A DNA stretch of 40,880 nucleotides, taken from the NCBI GenBank assembly GCA_040357565.1, contig JBDODJ010000102.1; one strand, 5' to 3'. This DNA comes from Cercozoa sp. M6MM (lineage: Eukaryota > Protista > Endomyxa: Ascetosporea). This document shows, piece after piece, positions 1 through 12,400 of the stretch. Both the position numbers and the translations under genes were made by a program. The notes under the pieces are model-generated. The model was not told the origin of the DNA and made no database searches. It saw nothing but the letters and a program-made list of their open reading frames with translations. Positions within the stretch are counted from its first letter, which is position 1. Each line of letters opens with the position of its first letter.

Positions 1-99
1 GGGGGGGGGGGCGGGGGTGAAGAGGGGTAAAGAGGGGTGAAGAAGGGGTAAAGAGGGGTAAAGAGGGGTGAAGGGGTATAGGGAGGTAGGGGTAAATAC
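1..99. repeat. G-run / (AAGAGGGGTRA)n low-complexity intron of CDT1
   Basis: Poly-G and ~11-nt repeats; the minus-strand donor GTATTT begins at 99. Confidence 0.85.
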
Positions 100-1744
100 C
101 GACGATGCGCGAGAGTTGTTTCGCAAGTCGGCGCGAGTGTTTGACGACGCCAGCGTCGGCCGTCTTGAGCGACTCGAGCACGTGCGACTGTGCGCGCATC
201 TGCTGCAGTCGCACGTGGCCCAGTGGCGCACGTGGCAGTGGTACCTTGTCATCCACCACCTGCGCTCAGTGTGTCACTCAGTGTGTCACTCAGTGTGCCA
301 CTCAGTGTGCCACTCAGTGTGCCACTCAGTGTGTAGGGTACCAAATCGAGGAATTCCGGACACCAGCCAAACACGTTGTTTCGGTCGTATTTTTCAATTT
401 TTGCTGCTGGCGTTTCTCGCTGCTGCCAGCGTCGGTGGTACGGCTCGTGACACTCGTGCAGGTGCTCCAGCATGGCTGTACAGTCCAAATGTACGGTACA
501 CACGGACATCATAGGGTACACATGGACTGCAAGGCAAAGGTACCTGCATGCAAGGCACGTCGGCGTCGTGTGTCGTCGCGCAGATTTTCGGGCAGCGCGT
601 TGTCGGCGGCCACGGCCACGCGCAGCTCGGCGCCGACGTCCTCCACCTCCAGCAGCGGCGGCAGCAGCGCCACCACGTGCGACACGTCGTACCTGGAGGG
701 GGGGGGGGTAAAAAAGGTCAGGCATAAGGGTGGTGGGTGGGGAACTCTACCTCTCGAGGCGCGAGCGACAGATGCGTTCGGAAGCACTAAACCAACCTCA
801 CATAAACAGACCCTTACACCCCACCCCCCAGAAGACACGTGACCTACCGTTTCAATTCGGTGAAAGAGAGTCGCGCACGACCTGCCATGCCCTGCCAGAC
901 GGTCGAACCAACCGAACGCTGCTCTGACTCAGAAGATATGCTCGAACTGCGCCGCGACATTCGCCGGCCACTGCGAGTGAAATAAAGGCAATGAACGAAA
1001 CGTTTCGAAGGCGAAACAGAGAAAGGATTTGTAATAAATAAGGGTCAGGGGTTAAGTTGACACCTGCGGGCACGCTGCAGTGCGAAAGCCTGCATCATCG
1101 CTGCGAATTTTCGTCGCAACTACGAAAACACTCAGTTTTCACTTTCACAATTCTCGGGTCCAGAAAACTACCAGTTCATACGACGCTGGCAGAATAAAGT
1201 TCGACGAGTCGATCTCATTTTGGGCACTGCAAGAAAGCAAAGAATGGTTAAAGGACTAATAAAGGTGTAAAAAGGTTAAAAGCAGATTGAAAGCAGAAAA
1301 AACTCACTCGGCGCTGGGTTCGCGAAGCGGCGCAGAGCGCGCGAGTTGAGCAATTTGAGCGTCTCGAGTGAATTCTCTCTCGTGTGCCGTCAGCAGTGGA
1401 TGCTGTTCGATGGAGTGCTTCTCAAAGAACTGTGCAAAGCCACCAGCAGTCTTTTGCCGTTTTGGCTCAGGTTCTTCAGTCTGGGCGGTTTTCTCCTTCC
1501 GCGCGGACTGGCACAAACATTCGTTTCACATTTAAACTCATCCAAAGTCACTATACTGTGGTTATTTCAATCGGTGCTGGTCTTAAACGCCTCTTCTTTG
1601 CGTTCTAAACAGAGAATGCGTGCAAAGCACAAACGAAGGATAACTGGGTGCTTGGTATACCGACAGTGTGCGCGCAGGCGTTGGCATCACCGACGCAGTA
1701 CGCGAAGGCGGCGCCGTCGACGCCAACGAGCGCAAGCCACTCAT
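100..1744 (-). CDS. CDT1: DNA replication licensing factor CDT1 (multi-exon; 3' end runs off the left edge of the window)
   Basis: Hand splicing gives MSGLRSLAS...FILPASYELLRRKFAAM...RLSFTELKRASERICRSRLERYDVSHVVALLP...RRRRALHAAMLEHLHECHEPY...GWCPEFLDLVVDDKVPLPRAPL. This parallels the CDT1 geminin-binding winged-helix domain (LPxxYxxL; F..V...V......F....VGQI..V.P; RR..F...L...V...H..F; WHP.F....VP.I..A.LP). GT-AG introns keep the frame. Confidence 0.8.
265..333. repeat. 12-bp tandem repeat (CTCAGTGTGYCA), ~6 copies, filling a CDT1 intron
   Basis: Directly visible. It lies between a donor (~341) and acceptor (~260) on the minus strand. Confidence 0.95.
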
Positions 1745-1795
1745 TTGGCCTACTTCGTGAAGATATGCCAACCAACGGAATTGATCAACTCACCA

Positions 1796-3842
1796 ATGAT
1801 TGAGAAGGTACCCGCACTTAGAAGGTTAGAATGGCACCAGAGCACTTAGAACAGTTGTGTCGCACCGCAGCGCACCCTTATGCCGTTTCTAAGCGTCCCT
1901 GGTGATTATTTTAATGTTTTGTGCAGATTACTTGGCTGCCTGCTGCTGGGTATCCGAGAACAACTACCGGCCACTGCCCACCCCGGGTTCAGTGCCAGAA
2001 AGTTTACAGGGGCAGAACTCAAGGTAGTGAGAATGGAATCTGACGGCAGAAGTCAACTGGTCAAACAGGATCCTTTGACTTTGACCGAGCTGCTGCATGT
2101 GGCGTTCCGTGTCCGTAGTAGGTGTATGTGCGTGCAGTGCTACGCCTGGATTCATTGGTGTGCCTGGATTCATTGGTGTGCTCGATTTTACCCATCCTAA
2201 GCTTTTTCGATCACAAACAAGGTTGTAAAACAGTGCTTCAGTTGACTGGAGTCCAGCTTGTGTCTGCAGCTGCAGCTTTCGCCTTTGGCGAGGCTTACGT
2301 AGTTTGAAATGAAAGGAAATGTAAGATTGCGTGCCAAATCGCACACGGCGAGGCGCCCGCGCGGCATTCATTGGTCTGAAGCACTCAGTTTGGTTCGAAA
2401 CGAAGAGTCAAAATGTCACCAACGCTTGAAAGAAGTGGACTCGCGACTGGACGAACTCCACGACTTGCGTGCAGTCCTCGAATTGCAACGACAAAACACT
2501 GGAAGCGTCATCGAAGCACTCTATGGTAGTTGATCCTTTGCTTTATACTACTTGCAGTTGGGCGTGAAAGCAACTTCTTCAGAGCTCCTGCAGCACGACG
2601 ATGTTTGCGTGGATCCACTCGAACTGCACGAGCTGCAATGTATCGTAGCGAAACAAGATCACTACCCAGAGGCGAAATCACAAAGGTGCTTTTCGCTCTT
2701 GAGTTTATCTCAGAAACATTGGGACTTTGATCGCTGTGTGCAGGAGACTTCCTGCACTCGCACAAATAGAGCAAACGCAGCGCGCAGCGACAACCAGAAG
2801 CGTTCAAAGCGAAGCCTCGAACTCTGAAAGCTCGATTCCGTTCCTCGACTCAGAGTCCACATTCAGCGACGTCGATATCGATGTGGCAGAACGATTACGT
2901 GCACGCATCGAGGCCAACAACTTCGAGTTCGATAGCAACAGCTCGCAGTTCGAGTTCGAGCCGATCGGTTTCGTGTCGCCCTCGTTGGCTTCGAGAACAA
3001 GGAGGCAAGAAACGACGCGTTTCCGCCCTGCCTCTGCGGCCTACTTGAGCAGAGAGAACATTCTCCCGACGAATTTCGCAGTGGCATCGACTGCACAGTT
3101 GCGAAGACACCGGCCACGTGCTCCGATCTCGCCAATCGCCGAAGAAACGACGGCAGATTTGCCGGTGGTACAGTCACCTGTGCAACATCAGTGTCCCACG
3201 TCGCTCCGACTGCAGCATCGAGCAGTTTCCGAAGTAGCCTTGACCAACAACGACATGCGGAGCTATCGGCACGAAAGTGACAGTCTTGCCCACGAAATTG
3301 ACTCGCGTCATACATCGCAAAACGAAACTGATTTGCATGACAATGATAATGAGCGCAACGAAAACACTTTCAACGTGCCAGGCGACGACGTCATACTGCC
3401 CGAAATCGATACACTCGATATGCCCGAAATCGATATGCCTGAAATCGATATGCCCGAAATCAATATGTCCGAAGAGGCTGAGGACATAGCGATCGAGCAC
3501 ACGCAGCAAGCGCACTCGACAAAGTCGTCGTCGCGCACGAATTCGGCGTCGTTGTCGTCGTTAGATTCGCTGAATGCGAAGATTTCGCCGTCGTCACACG
3601 TGCTCGAACGCACACTCGCACTGCAGCGTCGCACGCCTGCCCAGGCGAGTCACTCCGAAGCTTTAACGCGCGTGCATGGAGGCACCTTCTCGAGCTTCGT
3701 GATGCCGCGTATCGTGTCGCGAACGAGGCCGCATGCGCAACTGCGACGACCTTGGAACTGCTGTTTCTCGCACTGCCACTCCACTAATTGCGGCACCTGC
3801 GTGCAAAGGCACGATCGCCGCAATGATAAACCCACCGATTGA
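1796..3842 (+). CDS. Hypothetical multi-exon protein with a short coiled coil and a long Ser/acidic low-complexity region; exon structure unresolved
   Basis: 371-codon ORF 2727-3842, coiled-coil exon ~2390-2525 (RLKEVDSRLDELHDLRAVLELQ), and several GT/AG signals. I could not join the exons into one unambiguous frame. Confidence 0.45.
3398..3468 (+). repeat. Coding 15-bp repeat encoding (PEIDM)x~4
   Basis: TGCCCGAAATCGATA-like units; translation PEIDTLDMPEIDMPEIDMPEINM. Confidence 0.85.
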
Positions 3843-4134
3843 GGATTTCGCAGTAGATTTGTAAATTGATCCGGGCTCACTAGTGTACACCTTCTAGATT
3901 TGTTATGTAATTACAGGTATTGTAAACATCCATCGTGATAGTTCCTTCGTCATCGTGCGCTGTGGAGCAACTGCTTCAGTTTGTTTGCTTGCATGTTTGT
4001 TTGGGCATTTACTGACAACGGACCTATAATACACAGTAGGAGTGTAGCAGTACACTATATAAACTGTGGAGTTACTGTACAGTATCTTATTCCCCGTACT
4101 AGTGTAAAGTGAGAGCAGGAATTACGCTTCGGCG

Positions 4135-5865
4135 TCAACTTGCGAGGAGTCCTTCGTTGCGTGGTTTCGCTATTCTCATACTGAAGTTCCATCTTTTGTT
4201 GTCGCAATGCGACTCGAGGGTTCGATGATTGAGGTCGGGGCGTGGTGGATATTTGAAACTCTCCGAAACCCAAGTCGTCGTTCCGAATTTTCCTCTTGGC
4301 ACTTTGCCACACTTCGTGTAGGACTTGCTCTGGCACGAGCTTGCGTGCTTGGCGGAGTTGTCGTATTCTTGCTGTGCAAAGGTCACTCGTAAATTGTTAA
4401 TGATTGGAAAGAGCGACAGTTTCGCTACCATTCGCAAGCTTGCGAGCTTGAGCTTTCTCTTCATCAGAGTTGTTTGGTTGCAAATTGTCTTCCGCGCTGC
4501 TGTTTTGACTATCTTGGTCTTCCCGATGTGGTGGTGGCCTGGGGGTTTGTTGTTTACGATTGCCAACCGTCGCAACATGTGTCTTTCGCCGGACTTGTCT
4601 TGCGACAAGAAGAGGAGGCATTCGGAACTCCTTCTTTAACAGTTGCTGTGCAAAGCGAAAAGTCGTACTATCAAATGTTCAGTCAGTGTGTCACATTTTT
4701 TACCACTGCGTGAAGAAGTTCTTCTGAAAACTCCCTTTTCACCTTGCCCACTTCCTGTAGAATCTCGGTACGAGCAGCATCCACTTGTCGCTCGACGAGT
4801 GATTGTCGCTGCTTCAGCGATTCTGCGAGCTCTTGTCGCTGTTTTTCGCTTTGCCACATTTTCGCGACCTTGCTGCGACTGAAGCGAATTCAAACATTCG
4901 TAAATAATGGAGGAGTGGAACACTGTGCTTACGTTGTGGTGTGAAGCTCATCGAAGTCTTTTTGTAGTTGATCAATTCGCCTTCGCAGCTCTGTCGTTGT
5001 TTGTCTTATAGGTGTCAGTTCCACGCGAAGCCTCTCGCGAAAGATGCCACTCACTGCTTGGATTACTTCGGCCTTGATTGTCTAAGCAAAGTGCACACAA
5101 CTCGACTCAGCTCTTGTTTCAGCTCCGTTTGTAGAGCCAGTATTGTTTACCTCTGAAAGAGAAGCTTGCTGTTTTTGTTGCGTGTAGACTTTTCGCTGCG
5201 TTTGTTCATGTCTGTTGCGTTCCCGTTGCAACTGCTGCCGGAACTCTCGTCGAGTCTCTGACAACTGCCGGCTCAGCAACTGAACTTCCTTACACGCTCG
5301 TTTCTGAGAACAGACAAGCTTGATTACGGCAACAACTGCGGAGTTTTCATGAAAGGAACGCACGTGCTCCTCGCGAGCGACGCACGCCGCTTCCTTGTGA
5401 AAGTAGTCCACTAGGTCTTGACGCAGGTTGCTAATGCATTGTTCTTGGTGGGAAATCTCGTTTCGCAAACCCACGACCTCTCCTTCGTGCTGTCTCATTT
5501 GTATCCTCAGTTCAACACTGTGCGGCAAAAGCATACGAGGAACAACGATATACGTTTGAACGTAGATTTTACATAGAAGTGCGATGTATATCGTCAAGGT
5601 CCTTCCGGAGCTGCCTCAATTGCGCCTCTTGCTGACGGACCCGACTCAAGTTTTCGCTTGCATCGCTTCGTGCTCTTTGCGCCAGTGTAAGCGAGTTCTC
5701 CGCCTTTGCTGCTGCATACTGGCTAACATTGCCAAGTGCGTCGTTCTGAATTGCAAACATCAACCAATCCTATTCACTTTCGATAAAGTGTATTGTATTT
5801 ACCACACGTTGCTGGGTCGCGGCGAATCGTGCTGCTGTGTTCTGCTCGAACGCGACCCAATTCAT
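4135..5865 (-). CDS. Hypothetical coiled-coil protein (multi-exon)
   Basis: ATG at 5865: MNWVAFEQ..., with in-frame splices into heptad-rich exons (RVRQQEAQLRQLRKDLDD; LSETRREFRQQLQRERNRHEQ). The 3' exons are less certain; probable stop at 4135. Confidence 0.6.
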
Positions 5866-5973
5866 TCCGAACACTGTGGCAGTTGGCTGTGAGTTAACTA
5901 ACTCAACTGAACGACTGTGACACAGGTTCAGTAGCGCTTCCTACGGACTCTAAAGTTGTCCTATTGCTAGAGG

Positions 5974-8900
5974 ATGACGACTGGAGGCTTTGCGCTAAGG
6001 CCACACGATTCGCCCCTCTCTGTGCTTCCGAGGTCGACAATTTGATTGTGAGCGTTTTTCAGCGACTCAAAAACGCTTCTCAGGGGCAACTACAGTAGCA
6101 CCGAAAGCCGGTTAGAGGCATCGCTGTGCTCTGGTGTCTGTGGTGTGGCACACTTTCAAGGTCGTCCTTGATAGCTGCTCTTAGTGCAGAGATCCTGATG
6201 ACGGCTGTCGAATCCTTTTTCCAAGCAAGGTGCAGTGGAACAGCTTTGGACTCCGTCCAGCTAAAGAGCGATCGAGTTACCTTTCGTAAAGACCTCATTT
6301 CTCACGGTGAACCACCAGCCACGCAGTTGCGCGAGTTCGAGTTCTCGCACGTCTTTCCTCCTCAAAGCGAAAACCAAGGTAACGATCTAAATTTAATCGT
6401 GTCAGTTCGCGGTTGTCGTTGTAGGGTGAGAAACCAAGTTGTATTTTTCAGATCTACTCGAGCTAATCGTTCCGGAACTCGTTGACCGTTTCGAGAGTGG
6501 CTTGAACATCTGTTGTGTCGCCTACGGCCCGAAAGAGTGCGAAAAAAGCGATGTGCTGTTTGGAAAACTAGACGAAGAGGAAACGCTGAAAGGCGAGAGC
6601 AAGGATGTGGTGCAAGCCGGCCTCTGCGTCGCAATGATTGACGCGCTTTTTGACAGTCCTTCCGCTGATGACTGGGCAGTCTTTCTTTCAGTGCTCGAGA
6701 TTGGAGAGCAGAAACTGAGCGACCTGCTGGTCGAGGGGCCGAAAGTAACCAAGCCCTCCGTGATTCGCCAACCAGATGGAAGCTTCACCGCAAGCAACCT
6801 CACTTCGTGTCAAGTCGACACTGAAACGCATGCCGAATCGCTGCTTTTCGACGCGCTTTCGCGAAAACAGATGCGTAACTCGCATATCTTGGCGACTTTG
6901 ATAGTGGAAATACCAGAGCCTGATGGCGCCACTCGTCGCGCCTGCTCTTTTCTCGAACTCGATTTTGCTTTGCAGAGCTCAGTCACTGCTCTAGGTCGCG
7001 TTCTCGCGTCTCTCAACGCGAATCAGCCTCAAGCTCAGATTCCGTTTGGAAAGTCGCTGCTGACGAAACTACTCTCCAGTCGCGTCGACAACGACTGCTT
7101 CACGAATTTTTTGTGTTGCGGCGACGTATCTCAGTATCCAACCTTTCTCGAAGACTGTGATTGTGCTGTTTTTATCGTAATTTATGTGAATTTTTCTTTA
7201 GATCAAATGAAGACAGCATTTCACAACTTGTGCAAGTTTGCGAGTTTTCTGCGCAATTGCGACCTGAAAGCGAAGGCGAACGCACCACAAAAACGACGAA
7301 ACCTCCGTACGACACTGAAGGAACCGCTACTCAGATCAAACTACAAATCAGTCGTTTGCGAAAGGAAAACGCACGACTTCGAAAGTCCTTTGTGCTTCTG
7401 CGCGAAGAAAGCGAAAAACGAATCGTCGCTGCGTACGAGAAATTGAGTGCCTACGACGGCACCGTCGCAAAACAAGGTGCACGAGCCAATTGCAACTGAA
7501 GTTTGGCTTTAGTAGTGTTGATCATGTTGACAGGAATGCTGGACTTCAGTGAGTGCATACAGTCGTTTCAACCGATTGAACTGCCCACAAACTTAAACGG
7601 CGAGGGCAGTCAGAAACGCAGCAGTTTGGTGACGACGTTGGCAGAACCAAAGTCGACGAAAGGACATCCGCAGCAGCGAAGACAAAGTCGAAGTGGTCGA
7701 CGCGTGTCACTCGCCAATCTCACAGAATCGAGCGACTCGAGTCTCTCTGGATACGGTACTCTCACCTCCCCTGTCGCTGCGCACGTGGTTTCGCAACGCG
7801 TACTCAACAAACTCGCCGACACGACACGACAGAACTTTGAGATGAAGCGCGCCATCGAGAGACTCAACAACGACCGCACGGCGCGTGAAGCGGCACGCAA
7901 CGACCGCGTCGCCGAAATCCACGAGCGACTTGTCGACGCCGAGGAACAAATTCAGCTGGAAAAACAAAAAGCGAGCGAAATCCGCGAGAACTTTGAGCTA
8001 CAGATTCAATCAGAGAGACAGGTATATAGCACACGTTTGAGGACAGGTAATTTATTAAGAACTGACTTGTGCAGAAAATGCGAGCACTAACCTGCGAAGC
8101 CGTGGTGCGAACTGCGCGTCGCGTTGCCTCGGCCTCTGAGCTGTGTCGTGCACCGCCCCAGTCGACAGAGGAAGAGGACAGCGAGAACTCACTTGTTGTG
8201 CTCTCGGTCGCAAAAAAGCGAAACAGACAAGAAGCTATTGCGTTTCGAAAGCGTTGCGAAGCTCGTTGCCGACAATTGAGGCAGCAGTTCCAGCTGAAAG
8301 AGACTCAGCTGTCGTCGGAGGTCGCCAAGTTGCAGCAGGAGAACGAACGACTGATGGACGCGATGCAGAAAGTGTGCAGTCACTCGTCCACTCACACTGG
8401 AAACATGAGCGGCGTCATCGATCAGTTGGTTCGCATCGTTGATCGTATTCAAAGCGGCAGTTACCCAGTGCTTACGAAACACAGTGGCGTCAGTTTCAGC
8501 ATTCCGCACACCGAGTAACTTTCGCTTTTCAACAGTTTAACTTCACCCGACCATAAAAGTTGTGTTTTTGTGTTTAGGTTGCAAAAGATAGCAACGCTGA
8601 TTCGAAACCAGTGTGATGCTGCACCCGTGGATGCAAGCTTGAGCGAACATACCTTCAACAACATCCTGCCTCTGATGGAGCAGAGTGCTCGCACAGTCAC
8701 GCACATTTCTGTGAGTCTGCGCGAGTTCATCGCACGGCAAGTCGCCATTGACACTGCACATTCGAATAAGAATACAACGAAACACGAGACTCCAACTGAC
8801 CTGGACTCTGCCGAAACTGAGATACAACACGCTTTCTTCCACGAGGCTGTTACTCTCGAAGAAGTCGACGGTAAACATTAATTTACTCAACCTATCTTGA

Positions 8901-9228
8901 TACAACAACAGTGAAATGTTGAGTACTGTGTACAGTTCAAAGTGACCGACCGGGAAAGGCACAAGACACGGCCAAACTAAGGTTACAGCAGCGACAACTG
9001 CTATTCCAGCGACTGCAAATCGCGTCTCTGCAGCGCCAAATCGATAAGTTGCAGCAAGAACTGCGCACTAACAGCAGGAGTCCGACTCGTCCCAAAAGGC
9101 GTCCCGAGTCGTGCCTCGTGCGCAACACGAGCGTGCCTTCCCTCGGCGTGCAGCTTCGGTCCTGCCGAAAGGAACCACCCAAGTCCAAAACACAACGTCC
9201 GCGACGAGTTCGACCTCGGTGGATTTAA
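5974..9228 (+). CDS. Kinesin-fold protein with degenerate motor domain plus coiled-coil tail (pseudokinesin)
   Basis: Kinesin scaffold motifs: FEFSHVF, LVDRFESGLNICCVAYG, VFLSVLEI...LSDLL, SVTALGRVLASL, IPFGKSLLTKLL. Coiled-coil exons follow; TAA at 9226-9228. Confidence 0.85.
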
Positions 9229-9299
9229 ATTTAGAATTGAAATGCAGTTGCGAGACTGAGCCTCACTGTACGGTCTCCAGTAACTGAACAGAGCAGTAG

Positions 9300-9300
<1 letters not shown>

Positions 9301-9353
<53 letters not shown>

Positions 9354-9377
9354 ACACACACAAACACACACACACAC
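9301..9377. repeat. (CA)n microsatellite between the convergent kinesin-like and NPHP4 genes
   Basis: Directly visible. Confidence 0.98.
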
Positions 9378-9430
9378 CAGACAAGGTAGGTCAGCCCCCC
9401 AGGGTGGATCGGTCCCTCGTGGAGCACAAC

Positions 9431-12400
9431 TCACGTCGAAGGCAGCAGCGGCAGGCGCAGATGCAGGCGTGCCGTGTCCTGCGACGGCAGCAGTCGGCGC
9501 AGTCGGCGCAACGCGTGCGACAGCGGCAGAAACGTTGACGCCGCCAGCGACCCGGCGGCAGGCGACGCGTCCACCAGGTCGCCCTCCTCATGCACGCGCA
9601 GGCACAGTCGCAGCACCAGACACGGACGCAGCTGGAAGGCGTCGGCGTACACGAATACGAGGGCCGAGGAGGCGAACTGCGCTCCCACGGTGGTACACAG
9701 CTCCAGCTGGGTCTCCTCATCCTGCCGGAAACGGGGTCAAGTGAGAGGCAAGGGAAGGACACACTGTACCCTCGAGATGACTGCTGCATCGATGTGCTCG
9801 TGGCTGCACCAGGCCGACACAGCGTGCAGGTCGCTGGTGACACACGAGAAACGAGTCATGAGGCAGCAATAGAGAAACATGAAACGAACTGTACCCGGGC
9901 AGAGCTAGGGAGGAACGCACTCTCGATCTGCGTTCGAGCGACAGGTGCTGCACGCGGTGCACCGGCACTCGTTCGAAACTGCCGAGCGATCGCTCCACCG
10001 CGAAGCAGAAGAGGTCGCGAGTGTGTCCTGCACCACTGCGACAGATACAGGGGGATAGGCTTTCCAAAGGAGGGAGGAGGTGTCGAGGTTACACAGAAGA
10101 ATACCTCTCCTTTGGTGCCTGCTCGCTGTACCAGGCATTTGCGCTTTCGGCATGTCGCACGACAACTCTGTGACGCACCTGTGAGTGCTGGACACTGCGT
10201 ACGTAGATACTACCACCATCGGTTGGACCCTGGCAGGTTCGCATGTCCACTCGCACTGCTCCAGAGAGAGTCCAAAGGATAAAAGATGTCAGTCAAAGGA
10301 TAAAAGATGTCAGTCAAAGGATACACGAGTCAGTCAGAGGGTATATTAGTAGAGCATAGAGGTACACAAGAAGGTGACCACTTGATGTGCGCGCAGTGAG
10401 AACTCGCCCGGGCGGAAGCAGCGTGTGAAGGTGGGCGGCAGCTGCTGCTGCACCAGAAACACCGCGTCGAACTCGCTCCGGTCGGTCACGACCGAAACCT
10501 CGCCGTGCTCGTCGTCCTGCACGTCGATGCCGAAGCTTTGCACTGCCTCGCAGCACAGGGAGTACAGTGGCACATGGTACACTCAGTACAAGGACTGAAG
10601 AGTACTGGAGGTACCCGAGTCGAAGGGATTGCGAAACACGAGACACACGAAGGCAGTGCTGCCGAGACGACACTGCTGCGGTGACAGCACGACGAAACTC
10701 TGCGTGTTGCCGCCGCTGCTGGCCAGTGTCGCCAGCAGTTGCGCCTTCTCTGCGCTGAGTGCGTTGGATTGCTGCAGCTGCCGCATCGTGCTGAAGCTTG
10801 TACTTGTCGCAGGAGGTGCCTGCCGTTGTTGCTGCTGCTGTTCGGTCAGGTCGACGCGAATGGCCTCAAAGCTTCGTTGGAAGGCTGGAGTTACTGCTGC
10901 TGTTGCAGTCTCCTGTTTTTGCTCCAACGTGTCGACAAAGTTGAAGCTGCGCTCGCTGTCCAAGTGACTCGGCATCACGGTTCCTGCTAGCAGACTCTCA
11001 CCGTCGGCCTTGCTGCCTGCCAGTGGGTCTGTTCCAGTAGTAGGGCTGGTGGCCCATGCACTCAGTCTCACCGAGAGCAGGAGTTCTCCTATCGGTAGTG
11101 CACCTTCGCTGAACAGAGCACTGGACAGCGGCAGAGTCACCTCGCGGGTAACTTCAAAGGCCTGGTCGCTGCGATGACCGGTCAGAACAGTCCGCACCAT
11201 GGAGCAGAACAAGGAGGCATCCAAGCTGCCCTGTGCAAACTCGAGGCGACTATAGCTGTCACTCAAAGCGACACGGATCTGCGCTTCGTTGCTCCAGCGC
11301 AGGAAAGACGGCAGCTGCACACTGTCCACGTCAAGGTCGGCACAGGCACCTGCAATGCCCTTACTGCCACCTGACCGACTGTCCGACTGCAGGCGAACCA
11401 GGCAGGACTGACCCAACTGACTCGACTGTGACTGTACCGACTGAGCTCTCAGCGAGAATTCCAGGCACGGCGACTGCTCAAAGAGACCCTCGAGCGACAC
11501 GACCACTCCACGCAACAGCACCGCTTTGGCGTCGTCGTCGCAGAAGTCGCCGTCAAGGCGCAGTGCCTGCACCTGCACCGACGTTAGTGCGCTCAGTGCG
11601 CGTGCTTTCGTCTGCGCCACCAGGTGTGCCAGCTCCGAGGGAGACAGGCGCAGACTACTCTCGGTTCGCAGGTCGCCTTGCTGTTGCTGCTGTACCGGTG
11701 CTGTACTAGTAGGTACAGGGGAGGGAGCCACCTCCATGTCGCCTTTCGTCGTGTCGACTTCTTCCTCCGACTCGGCCGACATGTGTACCGACTCGTTGGA
11801 GAGTTCCTGCATCGACTCGGACTCGAGTTCGCTCTCTTGTTCCATCTCCTGTGTTCAATCAGACCAGGGGACACATTACTCTACTTGAATCTAATCAGAG
11901 ACTGCACCATGTACAAGTGTTCCAGTTGCTTTCGTTCCGTGTCTTCCTCTTCCCTGTCGCTGTGACCGCCGGTGTCTGCAGCAACAGCACTCGCACTGGC
12001 CGGCAGTTCGTCCTGCAGACGGCGCTGCCGTGTCTCAGCACAGAGCAGTCTCGAGCGAAACTGCAGCACCGCGCAGACGTCGCCGTTTTCGCGGCCGAGC
12101 AGCGGCGACTCTGGTCCCAGTAGGCACCGCGGCCACGCGAGCGACGAGCGCAGTTCCAAGCGTGCCTCGGTGCTCCCGACCGACGGTGACAACTCCGAGT
12201 CGAGCAGCATAAATCCACTGGCCACAGGGGCCGACACACTCTGCTTGGGGTCCTGCTCTGTCGGCAGTGCAACGAACAGGTCGAACGCCAGCGCCACCTC
12301 TCGCTGTGACTGTTTTTGGGCAAGCCTTTTTCTCTTGTACTCATTGTACATGCACATTCACACAAAACTGAACTGAAGGTAAACTCTACCACAAAGCGAA

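Noticed and set aside
1-99. G-rich repeats at the window edge as a telomere
   Set aside because: The unit is GGGGTAAA-like, not TTAGGG/TTTAGGG. It starts at a minus-strand splice donor and the same motif occurs in internal introns.
265-333. 12-bp and other short repeats as a CRISPR array
   Set aside because: Head-to-tail tandem repeats without spacers, in a eukaryotic intron, with no cas genes.
1796-4010. Hypothetical gene as a diverged Rec8/Rad21 kleisin (LLGCLLLGI, FSSFV, acidic middle)
   Set aside because: The resemblances are short, lie in different frames, and could not be joined by plausible splicing. An HMM search on transcript-derived protein would be needed.
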